The translations under genes were made by a program, and so were the position numbers. A DNA stretch of 32,000 nucleotides from Candidatus Pelethomonas sp. GTDB lineage: Bacteria > Bacillota > Clostridia > Oscillospirales > Oscillospiraceae. Positions 9,211 through 17,513 of the stretch are shown piece after piece (the first letter of the stretch is position 1; each line of letters opens with the position of its first letter). The notes beneath the pieces were generated by a model. It saw nothing but the letters and a program-made list of their open reading frames with translations. It did not search any database and was not told the DNA's origin. The stretch covers positions 7,062 to 39,061 of the forward strand of contig JAZOVU010000040.1 in assembly GCA_045658885.1 (NCBI GenBank). Reading direction: 5' to 3'.

Positions 9211-9299
9211 TGGCGCAGCGGGAGGGATTCGAACCCTCGTGCGATTGCTCGCAAACTGATTTCGAGTCAGCCCCGTTATGACCACTTCGATACGCTTGC
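9211..9299 (-). tRNA. tRNA-Ser (anticodon CGA), class II with long variable arm and encoded CCA; the acceptor stem is aberrant
   Basis: The minus strand reads GCAAGCG-TA-TCG-AAGTGGTCATAA-CGG-G-GCTGA-CTCGAAA-TCAGT-TTGCGAGCAATCGCAC-GAGGG-TTCGAAT-CCCTC-CCGCTGC-G-CCA. The anticodon CGA lies at 9264-9262. The T arm, anticodon arm and variable arm fold normally. In the acceptor stem, only 4 of 7 positions pair in the canonical register. Confidence 0.75.
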
Positions 9300-9318
9300 G
9301 TATTTAATTTACTTGTAA

Positions 9319-9347
9319 AGTATAGCATAAAAAAATTAGCTTTGCAA
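9319..9347 (-). promoter_or_regulatory. Promoter for the tRNA-Ser gene
   Basis: On the minus strand: TTGCAA (9347-9342), 17-nt spacer, TATACT (9324-9319). It ends about 20 nt upstream of the tRNA 5' end. Confidence 0.55.
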
Positions 9348-9379
9348 GAGTTTTTTTAAATTTACCAAAAAGTTAAGAA

Positions 9380-9408
9380 TTGACAAGCGCATATCTATAT
9401 GATAGAAT
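9380..9408 (+). promoter_or_regulatory. Promoter for yccF
   Basis: TTGACA (9380-9385), 17-nt spacer, TAGAAT (9403-9408). Confidence 0.55.
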
Positions 9409-9437
9409 TAAAATATAAACACAAAGGAGAGAACTTT

Positions 9438-9794
9438 ATGAAGGTAATCGGAAACATTTTATGGCTTATTTTCACAGGCATTTGGGAAGCGCTTGCGTGG
9501 TTTTTCCTCGGAATCTTTTGGTGCATTACCATAATCGGAATTCCGTTCGGAAAGCAATGCTTCAAGTTTGCAAGCGTGGCATTTTGGCCTATGGGCAAGG
9601 AGATTGACTCGAACTTTGGCAAGCACCCTATCGCAAACATTCTTTGGCTCATCTTCGGTGGCTTGGAGCTTGCGATTTCGTTCTTGGTTGTTGGCATCAT
9701 TTGGTGCATTACAATTCTTGGAATTCCATTCGGAAAGCAATGCTTTAAGCTTTTCAAGCTCGCACTTTGCCCATTCGGCGCTGACGTAAAATAA
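9438..9794 (+). CDS. yccF: YccF-family (DUF307) inner-membrane protein
   Basis: Contains an internal tandem duplication: NILWLIFTGIWEALAWFFLGIFWCITIIGIPFGKQCFKF and NILWLIFGGLELAISFLVVGIIWCITILGIPFGKQCFKL. I place the start at ATG 9438, after an AAAGGAGAG SD, not at 9399. Confidence 0.8.
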   Translation: MKVIGNILWLIFTGIWEALAWFFLGIFWCITIIGIPFGKQCFKFASVAFWPMGKEIDSNFGKHPIANILWLIFGGLELAISFLVVGIIWCITILGIPFGKQCFKLFKLALCPFGADVK

Positions 9795-9796
9795 AG

Positions 9797-9822
9797 AAAA
9801 GGTAGCCTAAGCTACCTTTTTT
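9797..9822. terminator. Bidirectional terminator between yccF and the convergent lipoprotein gene
   Basis: AAAA-GGTAGC-CTAA-GCTACC-TTTTTT. Confidence 0.7.
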
Positions 9823-11077
9823 ATTTGCTTGACGACTCGGTCTTTTCCTTGCCGAGATCTCCGTAAAGGAAATTGTAATCGAGGTCGTTTGGATAAACGC
9901 TTGAAAGAGGCATTCCCTCATAGCGTCCGTGGTCCTTTATTTGATATCCCGATTCGTTTGCTTGGAAATTAGCAATATGCTCTCCGTACAAAATCGAGGT
10001 TGCCGAGGCTTTAAACGTGCCAAAGAAATCCTTGAATTCCTCTTTGTCGTACGCGCCCTCTTCCTTTGGCAATCTCTTTACAAAAACGTTACCGTAGGTG
10101 AAATAATCACCTGCGTTAACGGTTACCTTTTTGCCACCGATTTCAAACGTTCCGCCCTGTGAGAAGAAACGGTTAGCCTTAACCTTGGCAACGTCATTTT
10201 CTTTTAAAAGGGCAGCAGCACTTATCGCATTTTGTGCGCCGGCATTCTTTGGGAACTGTGTATAACAGCCCTGGGGATATGCCTTATCGTCCGAATAATA
10301 CGCATAAATCTCATCGTACGTCATAGTAGGGTCGATAACCTTGTACTCATAACCTTCCTTGCTTTCGATAAAGAGGTTAGTAAGGTCGTCGATTATATCG
10401 TTGCGCTCCTTGATTTCATCCTCGTTAAGAGGCTCCATAACAGTTACCTGCTCGCCCTTGTCGTTAGTTTCCTTAACAAGCTTGTAAACGTTGTTTATAA
10501 TGATAGTTTGGAAGCACATATAGTTCTTTTCGAAAATATCGTCAAGGTCTTCCTTTTCGATTTTTTCACCGTTAGCTCCGAAAAGATGCTCAATTACGAG
10601 CCTTTGCTTCGACTGCATTGTGAAAACCTCGCGCAAGGTCTTTGCCGTAAAGCCGTAAAGGCGCGACTTTTGATTGAACTTTTGCTCGGAGTATCCACCG
10701 TAATAGTTGGTAATTACCGTTACGTTTGACTCGATTGTGTCCTCAATCTCCTTTGTCAGCTTAAGATCGTAAACATCGAACAAAAGCTGAGAGAACATAA
10801 GCATATAAATATCGTTCAAAAAGCTCTGTTGAGTTGTGTCAAGCGCCTGTGCAACGGTAAGACCGCTTTCAAACTTTGCCTCAAGAGAGGTATTTACGCT
10901 TATTTGGTAGGAGTCGAATTGCTTTCTGTTGTGAATGCTCGCAAGATATCTGTAATGGTCTTCCTTGATTTCATACTTACCAAGAGAGAAAACAGTTCTG
11001 TTCGAGCAAGACGAGAAGCAAACCGTTACCGAAACAAGCATACATATTAAAAGAATAAAAGATAAAATCCTTTTCAT
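9821..11077 (-). CDS. Secreted lipoprotein of unknown function (possibly a SurA-N/PrsA-like chaperone without an obvious PPIase domain)
   Basis: Signal peptide plus lipobox (VCFSSCS), 418 aa. It lies directly downstream of mfd, the position often held by prsA-like genes in Firmicutes. The functional call is weak. Confidence 0.5.
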   Translation of the reverse strand: MKRILSFILLICMLVSVTVCFSSCSNRTVFSLGKYEIKEDHYRYLASIHNRKQFDSYQISVNTSLEAKFESGLTVAQALDTTQQSFLNDIYMLMFSQLLFDVYDLKLTKEIEDTIESNVTVITNYYGGYSEQKFNQKSRLYGFTAKTLREVFTMQSKQRLVIEHLFGANGEKIEKEDLDDIFEKNYMCFQTIIINNVYKLVKETNDKGEQVTVMEPLNEDEIKERNDIIDDLTNLFIESKEGYEYKVIDPTMTYDEIYAYYSDDKAYPQGCYTQFPKNAGAQNAISAAALLKENDVAKVKANRFFSQGGTFEIGGKKVTVNAGDYFTYGNVFVKRLPKEEGAYDKEEFKDFFGTFKASATSILYGEHIANFQANESGYQIKDHGRYEGMPLSSVYPNDLDYNFLYGDLGKEKTESSSK

Positions 11078-11137
11078 TTAAAAATCCTTTCATTTCGTGC
11101 TATTACTAATTATAACACCTATGCGCCAAAAAATCTA

Positions 11138-14100
11138 CTATATTTGCTCGATTTCCTTACATTTCTTAATATAGGTCTTTAACAAGTCAACGCTACCGGT
11201 AAGCTCAATATCGCTTGGATCGGTTACGAGCATAATGTAAGGAGCTTTTCCTACACCGCAAATTTTGACGGTGTCAGGCTTAACCTTAGACATTTGATAG
11301 AGAATTCCCATATCAATTTTGTCGGGAAAGAATCGAATTTGCCCACGCATTTGCTCAACTCGCTTGATTTTAGCCATTTGAGCATAGGATTTGGTAATCG
11401 ATGCGCCAAGGAGCGTTTTTGCAGGTGGGGGGAGTGGACCGAAGCGGTCGCAAAGCTCGCTCTCCACATCCTTCAAATCGTCCTCGTTTTCTATGTGAGC
11501 GATTTTCTTGTACATATCCATTCTTTGCGCCGAGGAGCGAATATAGCTCTTTGGCAAGAATGCATCACACGAAAGCGTGATAACGCTCTCGAACTTTTCC
11601 TCGGGCACAATGCCCTTTTCCTCGAGGACTGCCTCGTTTAAAATGCGAATGTATAAATCGTATCCGATGGCTTCCATATGTCCGTGCTGTGCCGAGCCGA
11701 GAATGCTACCCGCACCTCGTATTTCAAGGTCGCGCATTGCAATCTTGAAGCCTGCACCGAATTCGGCAAAATCTCTTATTGCGTTAAGACGCTTTTCGGC
11801 AATCTCGGAGAGCTGCTTGCCTGGACGGTACGTGAAAAACGCATACGCGCGACGGTGGCTTCTTCCAACTCTACCGCGGATTTGGTGAAGCTGAGCAAGT
11901 CCCATTCTGTCTGCGTTTTCGATTATGAGAGTGTTTGCGTTTGGAATGTCGATACCTGTTTCGATAATAGTTGTGCTGACAAGAATATCAACCTCTCCGC
12001 GCACAAGCTCCTGCCAAATATCCTCAATATCCTCACGGTCCATTTGTCCGTGGGCGATTTGAATTCTCGCATTCGGAAACGCCTTGGAAAGTCTAGCTCT
12101 GACGTCGTATATTTTTTCAACATTGTTGTAAAGATAGAACACCTGTCCGCCACGGTGAAGCTCGCGCTTAATGGCATCGTTTATAACGTTTTCGTCATAT
12201 TCGAGCACATAAGACATAACTCCAAGACGGCCACCCGGTGCGTCGTCAAGCACTGACATATCACGAATTCCGCCCATCGCCATGCTAAGCGTTCTCGGAA
12301 TAGGCGTTGCGCTAAGCGACAAAACGTCAACGTCGGGCACTAGCTGCTTGATTTTTTCCTTTTGACCGACACCGAAGCGTTGCTCCTCGTCAATTACGAG
12401 AAGTCCAAGGTCCTTGAACTCGATTTTGCCACTCAAAAGCTTGTGAGTGCCGATAATAATATCGACGTCGCCACGTCTTAAGCGCCTGAGAGTGTTCGCT
12501 TGCTCCTTTGGTGTACGGAAGCGCGAAATCATATCTATGTTGACCCCTGTGCCTGCAAAACGGGCAAGAGCAGTCTGATAATGTTGCATTGCAAGAATGG
12601 TTGTAGGCACTAAAATCGCAACCTGCTTGTTGTTAGCCACCGCCTTCATTGCCGCACGGAATGCAACCTCGGTTTTGCCGTAGCCAACGTCTCCACAAAG
12701 CACTCTATCCATAGGATACGGGCGCTCCATATCGTTTTTAATGTCCTCGATTGCCTCAATTTGGCTCTCCGTTTCGTCAAACTCAAACGAGGAGTCGAAT
12801 TCGCGCTCCATTTGTCCGTCAGGCGCAAAGGAGAAGCCGTCAATTCTTAATCTGCGTGCGTAAAGGTCGATTAGCTCCTTCGCCATTTCCTTTGCGCTCG
12901 CCTTCGCCTTTGAGGTTGCCTTTTTCCAATCGGCACCACCCATTCGGGAGAGCCTTACCTCACCGTCGGAGCTCGTAGCACCGATATATTTCGATACCAT
13001 ATCGAGCTGATCCACGGGCAAAAATAGCTTATCCGTGCCGGCATATTGAATAGTTATATAATCCCTGTGCGCACCGCATACAAGCAAATTTTCAATTCCG
13101 AGATACTTACCGATACCGTACTTTTCGTGTACAACGGCATCTCCGACATTAAGGTCGGCATACGATAAAATCTTCTCGCCCGCATTCTTTGCGTGCTTTG
13201 AGCGCTTTTTGGACTTTTTAGCCGTGCGCTCGCTCCTTGACGATAGCACCATAACAACGGATTTTGAGTCAAAAAGCTCGTATCCGTCGGGGAACGTGTC
13301 GCTTAAAACGCAAACCGTGCCCTCGCTTGGGCAGTCGCCCTCGCTCCTTGATGCAAAGGCAGGCACATCGTAATCGCAAAGCGCTCTTACCGCTTCCTTA
13401 ACCTCGGCATCGGTTCGGCATACAAGAGAACACGAATATTTATTTTCACAGTAGTATTTTAATTGCTCAATTATCGTATTTATCGACACGTCAGAGCCCG
13501 AAATGCCCCTTGCCTTGAAATCGTAGATTCCGCCGGCGTTGCCTCGGTAGCTGATTGCAAACTTGTCAAGATTGATAATTTGCTCGTTTTCAAAAAACGC
13601 CTCAAGCTCCTTCTCACCGTCGCTATAAAGGGCGTATTCCTCGCTTACAAGGCAAGCACCAACGAGCGCGTCCGCAAGCTCCCTGCTTAGCTCAAGCGCA
13701 TTTTTCGCCTTCGCGCGCACTCCTGCAATATCGCAAACGATTGATGCAGGCGAATTTGCAAAATAATCGAGAAGTGATTTCTTTTGCGGATAAATAAGAG
13801 AAATAAATTTATCAAAGAACGAATTTGAGGTTTTTGCCTCTATTGAAAACAGCTCGTGGCGAAGCTCCTTTTTCGCCTCGTCGTCTCTTGCAATTTCAAG
13901 TAAGCTCGACACTTGGTCGCGGATTTTCTCAATTTTGTCTTCGTCTGCAATGATTTCCTTTGATGGAGTAATCGAAAAACGCTCGATAGGTCTTGTAGCT
14001 CTTTGCGTTATCGGGTCAAACAAGGTAAGACGGTCGATTTCGTCGCCAAAAAGCTCTATTCTTATCGGTAAGGCGTCGCCCTCGCCCTGTCCGTCTATTT

Positions 14101-14698
14101 GAACGGTGTTTCCAAGCGTTGGGAAAATATCTATAATTCCACCACGCACCGCGTACTGTCCTGCGCCCTCAACCAAATCGCACGGTGCGTAGCCCGTGTT
14201 AATGAGCTTTCTTATAAGCTCGTCGGTGTCAAGCGTGTCGCCAAGTGAAATAGAGAAGGTTCTTGCAAGAAGCTCTTCCCTTGGCATGGTGTATTGAAGA
14301 AGCGCATCGGGAGTCGTAATCACGGCATCAAGAGTTGAAAAGGCAACTCCGCAAAGGACGCGAAGACGGTCATATTCAAGCTCACGCGAGGCGGTCATAT
14401 CATAAAAATTGAAATCGCGCACAGGATAAAACTCACACCTCATACCGCTTTTTCTGAAAAAGTCGTTTAGGCGGTTGGCGCGTCTTTCCTCGTCAACCAA
14501 AATAAGCACGCATTTGCCGTATTTTGCCTTTATATCGGAAACGAGAGAGAAAATAAGCGCACTCTCCGCACCGTCGCAAAGACCGTTTACAAGAAGCGGA
14601 AGTCGCTTTCCCGAGTCCTTAAGCTCCTCAAGGCGCGACAAAAGGGCGGAGTATTCCTTCGCCTGTCTTATTGGATTCAAAAGTACATTAGTGTTCAT
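11138..14698 (-). CDS. mfd: Transcription-repair coupling factor Mfd
   Basis: About 1186 aa. SF2 helicase motifs are GDVGYGKTEVA, LVIDEEQRFG, SATPIPRT and QLHQIRGRVGRS. It also has a UvrB-homology N-terminus and a CarD-like segment (VGDAVVHEKYGIGKYLG). The start is probably MNTNVLL at 14698. The track ORF extends to 14731. Confidence 0.93.
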   Translation of the reverse strand: MNTNVLLNPIRQAKEYSALLSRLEELKDSGKRLPLLVNGLCDGAESALIFSLVSDIKAKYGKCVLILVDEERRANRLNDFFRKSGMRCEFYPVRDFNFYDMTASRELEYDRLRVLCGVAFSTLDAVITTPDALLQYTMPREELLARTFSISLGDTLDTDELIRKLINTGYAPCDLVEGAGQYAVRGGIIDIFPTLGNTVQIDGQGEGDALPIRIELFGDEIDRLTLFDPITQRATRPIERFSITPSKEIIADEDKIEKIRDQVSSLLEIARDDEAKKELRHELFSIEAKTSNSFFDKFISLIYPQKKSLLDYFANSPASIVCDIAGVRAKAKNALELSRELADALVGACLVSEEYALYSDGEKELEAFFENEQIINLDKFAISYRGNAGGIYDFKARGISGSDVSINTIIEQLKYYCENKYSCSLVCRTDAEVKEAVRALCDYDVPAFASRSEGDCPSEGTVCVLSDTFPDGYELFDSKSVVMVLSSRSERTAKKSKKRSKHAKNAGEKILSYADLNVGDAVVHEKYGIGKYLGIENLLVCGAHRDYITIQYAGTDKLFLPVDQLDMVSKYIGATSSDGEVRLSRMGGADWKKATSKAKASAKEMAKELIDLYARRLRIDGFSFAPDGQMEREFDSSFEFDETESQIEAIEDIKNDMERPYPMDRVLCGDVGYGKTEVAFRAAMKAVANNKQVAILVPTTILAMQHYQTALARFAGTGVNIDMISRFRTPKEQANTLRRLRRGDVDIIIGTHKLLSGKIEFKDLGLLVIDEEQRFGVGQKEKIKQLVPDVDVLSLSATPIPRTLSMAMGGIRDMSVLDDAPGGRLGVMSYVLEYDENVINDAIKRELHRGGQVFYLYNNVEKIYDVRARLSKAFPNARIQIAHGQMDREDIEDIWQELVRGEVDILVSTTIIETGIDIPNANTLIIENADRMGLAQLHQIRGRVGRSHRRAYAFFTYRPGKQLSEIAEKRLNAIRDFAEFGAGFKIAMRDLEIRGAGSILGSAQHGHMEAIGYDLYIRILNEAVLEEKGIVPEEKFESVITLSCDAFLPKSYIRSSAQRMDMYKKIAHIENEDDLKDVESELCDRFGPLPPPAKTLLGASITKSYAQMAKIKRVEQMRGQIRFFPDKIDMGILYQMSKVKPDTVKICGVGKAPYIMLVTDPSDIELTGSVDLLKTYIKKCKEIEQI

Positions 14699-14831
14699 AG
14701 GATTCCTTTGTAAACGCAACATCGCGCCCAAAAAGGGCGCGTAGATTTGTGTGTTTTTATAATAATACCATATATTTCATTTTTTGTCAATTAAAATTAT
14801 ATCACGCGATATATTTTATTATTCTAAGGCA

Positions 14832-14860
14832 TTGACAATCAAGGCAAAAAATGATAAAAT
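14832..14860 (+). promoter_or_regulatory. Promoter for the transketolase operon
   Basis: TTGACA (14832-14837), 17-nt spacer, TAAAAT (14855-14860). Confidence 0.55.
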
Positions 14861-14895
14861 ACAATAAAGAAAAATCAACCTATGGAGGTTTAAAT

Positions 14896-15735
14896 ATGAA
14901 TAAACAAAGGCTTTTAGAGCTTAAAAAAATTGCGACTGATATAAGAATCGGTGCTGTTGATGCTGTATATAATGCAAAGAGCGGACATCCGGGCGGAGCG
15001 CTTAGCGCATCTGATATTATGGCTTGTCTTTACTTTTCGGAGCTTAGAATAAATCCCGAAAATCCAAGCGATCCCGAAAGAGACAGATTCGTTCTTTCAA
15101 AGGGACACTCGTGCCCTGCGCTTTATTCGGCAATGGCACATAAGGGATATTTCCCCGTTGAGGACCTTAAGGGCTTCCGTCATCTCGGAACAGCCGTACA
15201 AGGACACCCCGATATGAAGTCAATCAAGGGAATTGATATGTCGGCAGGCTCGCTCGGTCAGGGCTTTTCATGCGCTTGCGGAATGGCACTTGCGGGAAAG
15301 CTTGACAAAAAGGATTATAGAGTATATTCAATGATAGGCGACGGCGAGAGCCAAGAGGGACAGGTTTGGGAGGCAATTATGTTTGCTTCACACTATAAGC
15401 TTGACAATCTTTGCCTTATCGTTGACAATAACGGCTTGCAAATCGACGGTCGCGTTGAGGACGTTATGAACACAATGCCTTATGAATCAAAGCTTGAGGC
15501 GTTTGGCTGGAACGTTATCACAATCGACGGACACGATATTGAGCAAATTCTCAGTGCGTTTGATAGCGCAAGGACGGTTAAGGGCAAGCCTACTGCTATT
15601 GTGGCAAAAACCGTCAAGGGCAAGGGCGTTTCCTTTATGGAAAACGAGGCAGGCTGGCACGGAAAAGCGCCTAACGATGCAGAATATGAGAAAGCAATAG
15701 CAGAGCTTAACGCCTACAAGGCAAGCTTGAAGTAA
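14896..15735 (+). CDS. Transketolase, N-terminal (TPP pyrophosphate-binding) subunit
   Basis: SGHPGGALS and GDGESQEGQVWEA motifs. Starts at ATG 14896, after a GGAGG SD. About 279 aa, the two-subunit form. Confidence 0.9.
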   Translation: MNKQRLLELKKIATDIRIGAVDAVYNAKSGHPGGALSASDIMACLYFSELRINPENPSDPERDRFVLSKGHSCPALYSAMAHKGYFPVEDLKGFRHLGTAVQGHPDMKSIKGIDMSAGSLGQGFSCACGMALAGKLDKKDYRVYSMIGDGESQEGQVWEAIMFASHYKLDNLCLIVDNNGLQIDGRVEDVMNTMPYESKLEAFGWNVITIDGHDIEQILSAFDSARTVKGKPTAIVAKTVKGKGVSFMENEAGWHGKAPNDAEYEKAIAELNAYKASLK

Positions 15736-15745
15736 GGAGATAATT

Positions 15746-16690
15746 ATGGCAGATAAAATAGCAACAAGAGAAGCATACGGCAACGCACTTGCCGAGCTTG
15801 GCTCAGTATATGAGAATGTGGTAGTTCTTGATGCAGACCTTGCAGCAGCTACCAAGACGGGAGTTTTCAAAAAGAAATTCCCCGAGAGATTTTTTGATTG
15901 CGGTATTGCCGAGAACAATATGTTCGGTGTAGCCGCAGGACTTTCAACCACAGGCAAGATTCCTTTTGCAAGCACCTTTGCTATGTTTGCGGCAGGAAGA
16001 AGCTTTGAGCAAATCAGAAACTCAATCGGTTATCCACACCTCAACGTAAAAATCGGCGCAACTCACGCGGGAATTACCGTTGGTGAGGACGGTGCAACTC
16101 ATCAGTGTAACGAGGATATCGCGCTTATGCGTACAATCCCCGGAATGGTTGTAATCAATCCGTCCGATGCAGTTGAGGCAAGATGCGCAGTTGAGGCTGC
16201 AATCAAGCACGAAGGACCTGTTTATATGCGCTTTGGACGCTTGGCTGTGTCCGTAATTAACGATAAGCCTGACTACAAGTTTGAGATCGGCAAGGGAATT
16301 ACTCTCGTTGACGGAAGCGATATTACAATCGTTGCAACTGGAATTATGGTTGAACAGGCACTCTTGGCAAGCGAAATGCTCGCAAGTGAGGGAATTAGCG
16401 CAGGCGTTGTAAATATTCACACAATCAAGCCACTTGATACACAGCTTCTTATTGCCTTGGCTCAGCAAACAGGCGCAATGGTTGTAACCGAGGAGCATAG
16501 CGTAATCGGTGGACTTGGAAGCGCAGTATGCGAGGCGCTCGCAGGAGTTTGTCCTATCCCTGTTGTAAGACACGGTATAGAGGATGTTTACGGTAAATCA
16601 GCACCTGCAAAGGAGCTTCTTGAATACTATAAGCTCAATGCGCTCGGTATTGTTGAAAAGGCAAAGCAGGCTCTTGCAATGAAACACTGA
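15746..16690 (+). CDS. Transketolase, C-terminal (pyrimidine-binding + C-terminal domain) subunit
   Basis: 314 aa with the FDCGIAENNM motif. It begins 10 nt after the N-terminal subunit gene. Confidence 0.9.
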   Translation: MADKIATREAYGNALAELGSVYENVVVLDADLAAATKTGVFKKKFPERFFDCGIAENNMFGVAAGLSTTGKIPFASTFAMFAAGRSFEQIRNSIGYPHLNVKIGATHAGITVGEDGATHQCNEDIALMRTIPGMVVINPSDAVEARCAVEAAIKHEGPVYMRFGRLAVSVINDKPDYKFEIGKGITLVDGSDITIVATGIMVEQALLASEMLASEGISAGVVNIHTIKPLDTQLLIALAQQTGAMVVTEEHSVIGGLGSAVCEALAGVCPIPVVRHGIEDVYGKSAPAKELLEYYKLNALGIVEKAKQALAMKH

Positions 16691-16713
16691 TCGTGTTCGA
16701 AGGGAGAATGACT

Positions 16714-17472
16714 ATGAAAAAGATTTTAGCGTTTATAATCGTGCTTACTATGCTATGCGGTATGCTCGTTTCGTGTGATAACGCGCTTGTGATGATTCAA
16801 GAGGCGAATAAGGCTCTTGAGGAAGCACCGTATGAGATGACCGTTAAGACGAAATTCGAGTGCGACGATTACGATATTTACGGAATTTTATCTAGTATGA
16901 ACCTAGAAATTCCTGTTACAGTTGACGGTGAAAACATTTCTACAAATATGAGCGTTGGTGCGATGGGCTTTTCCGTTAGTGCCAAGGTGATTGTAGTCGA
17001 TATGGTTGCTTACCTTGATATATCTATGCTCGGTCGACAGCTTAAAATGAAGGCTACTCTTGATGAAGAGGCTTACAATGAGCTTATGTCGGAGAGCAAT
17101 GCCGAAATGATAATAAATCCCGAGGATTTCGCCTCTCTTGACGTAGAAACCAAGGACGGCAAGAAATATATTGCCTGTGCGGAAATCAGCGACGAGGCGC
17201 TTGCCGAGCTTAACGATATGATGGAGCAGGCGCTTAAGAGCGTAAACGGCAAGGCTACCGTTAATGATATCGTTTATAGCGTTACTTTAAACGACGGCAA
17301 ATACGAGTCAATGGATATGACCTGTTTTTATTCGGTTACCGTTTCGGATAAAGCCTGCGATGTAACGTTTACGCTAAGTGCAGATTTCGCATACGATAAC
17401 ATTGAAGAGGTTGTTGCTCCAAGCGATGCTAGCGAGTATCAAGAGGCAGACCTCGATAATTTCTTGAACTAA
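16714..17472 (+). CDS. Hypothetical lipoprotein
   Basis: MKKILAFIIVLTMLCGMLVSCDN (signal peptide plus lipobox). AAGGGAGAA SD. I recognise no family. Confidence 0.6.
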   Translation: MKKILAFIIVLTMLCGMLVSCDNALVMIQEANKALEEAPYEMTVKTKFECDDYDIYGILSSMNLEIPVTVDGENISTNMSVGAMGFSVSAKVIVVDMVAYLDISMLGRQLKMKATLDEEAYNELMSESNAEMIINPEDFASLDVETKDGKKYIACAEISDEALAELNDMMEQALKSVNGKATVNDIVYSVTLNDGKYESMDMTCFYSVTVSDKACDVTFTLSADFAYDNIEEVVAPSDASEYQEADLDNFLN

Positions 17473-17484
17473 ATTAAAGTAAGT

Positions 17485-17513
17485 AAAAAGGACTCCGTTT
17501 GGAGTCCTTTTTT
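17485..17513. terminator. Bidirectional intrinsic terminator
   Basis: AAAAA-GGACTCC-GTTT-GGAGTCC-TTTTTT between convergent genes. Confidence 0.75.

Noticed and set aside
9131-9328. 65-aa minus-strand ORF overlapping the tRNA
   Set aside because: The tRNA-Ser gene and its terminator fully explain it.
14715-14737. CGCGCCC-N5-GGGCGCG hairpin at the extended 5' end of the mfd ORF
   Set aside because: It is not followed by a U-run on either strand, and it lies just upstream of the preferred mfd start. It is probably an incidental leader hairpin and not a terminator.
14896-16690. Transketolase as a frameshifted or split pseudogene
   Set aside because: The two ORFs match the well-known two-subunit transketolase form. 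The junction is clean (10-nt gap), the second gene has its own SD, and motifs in both halves are intact.
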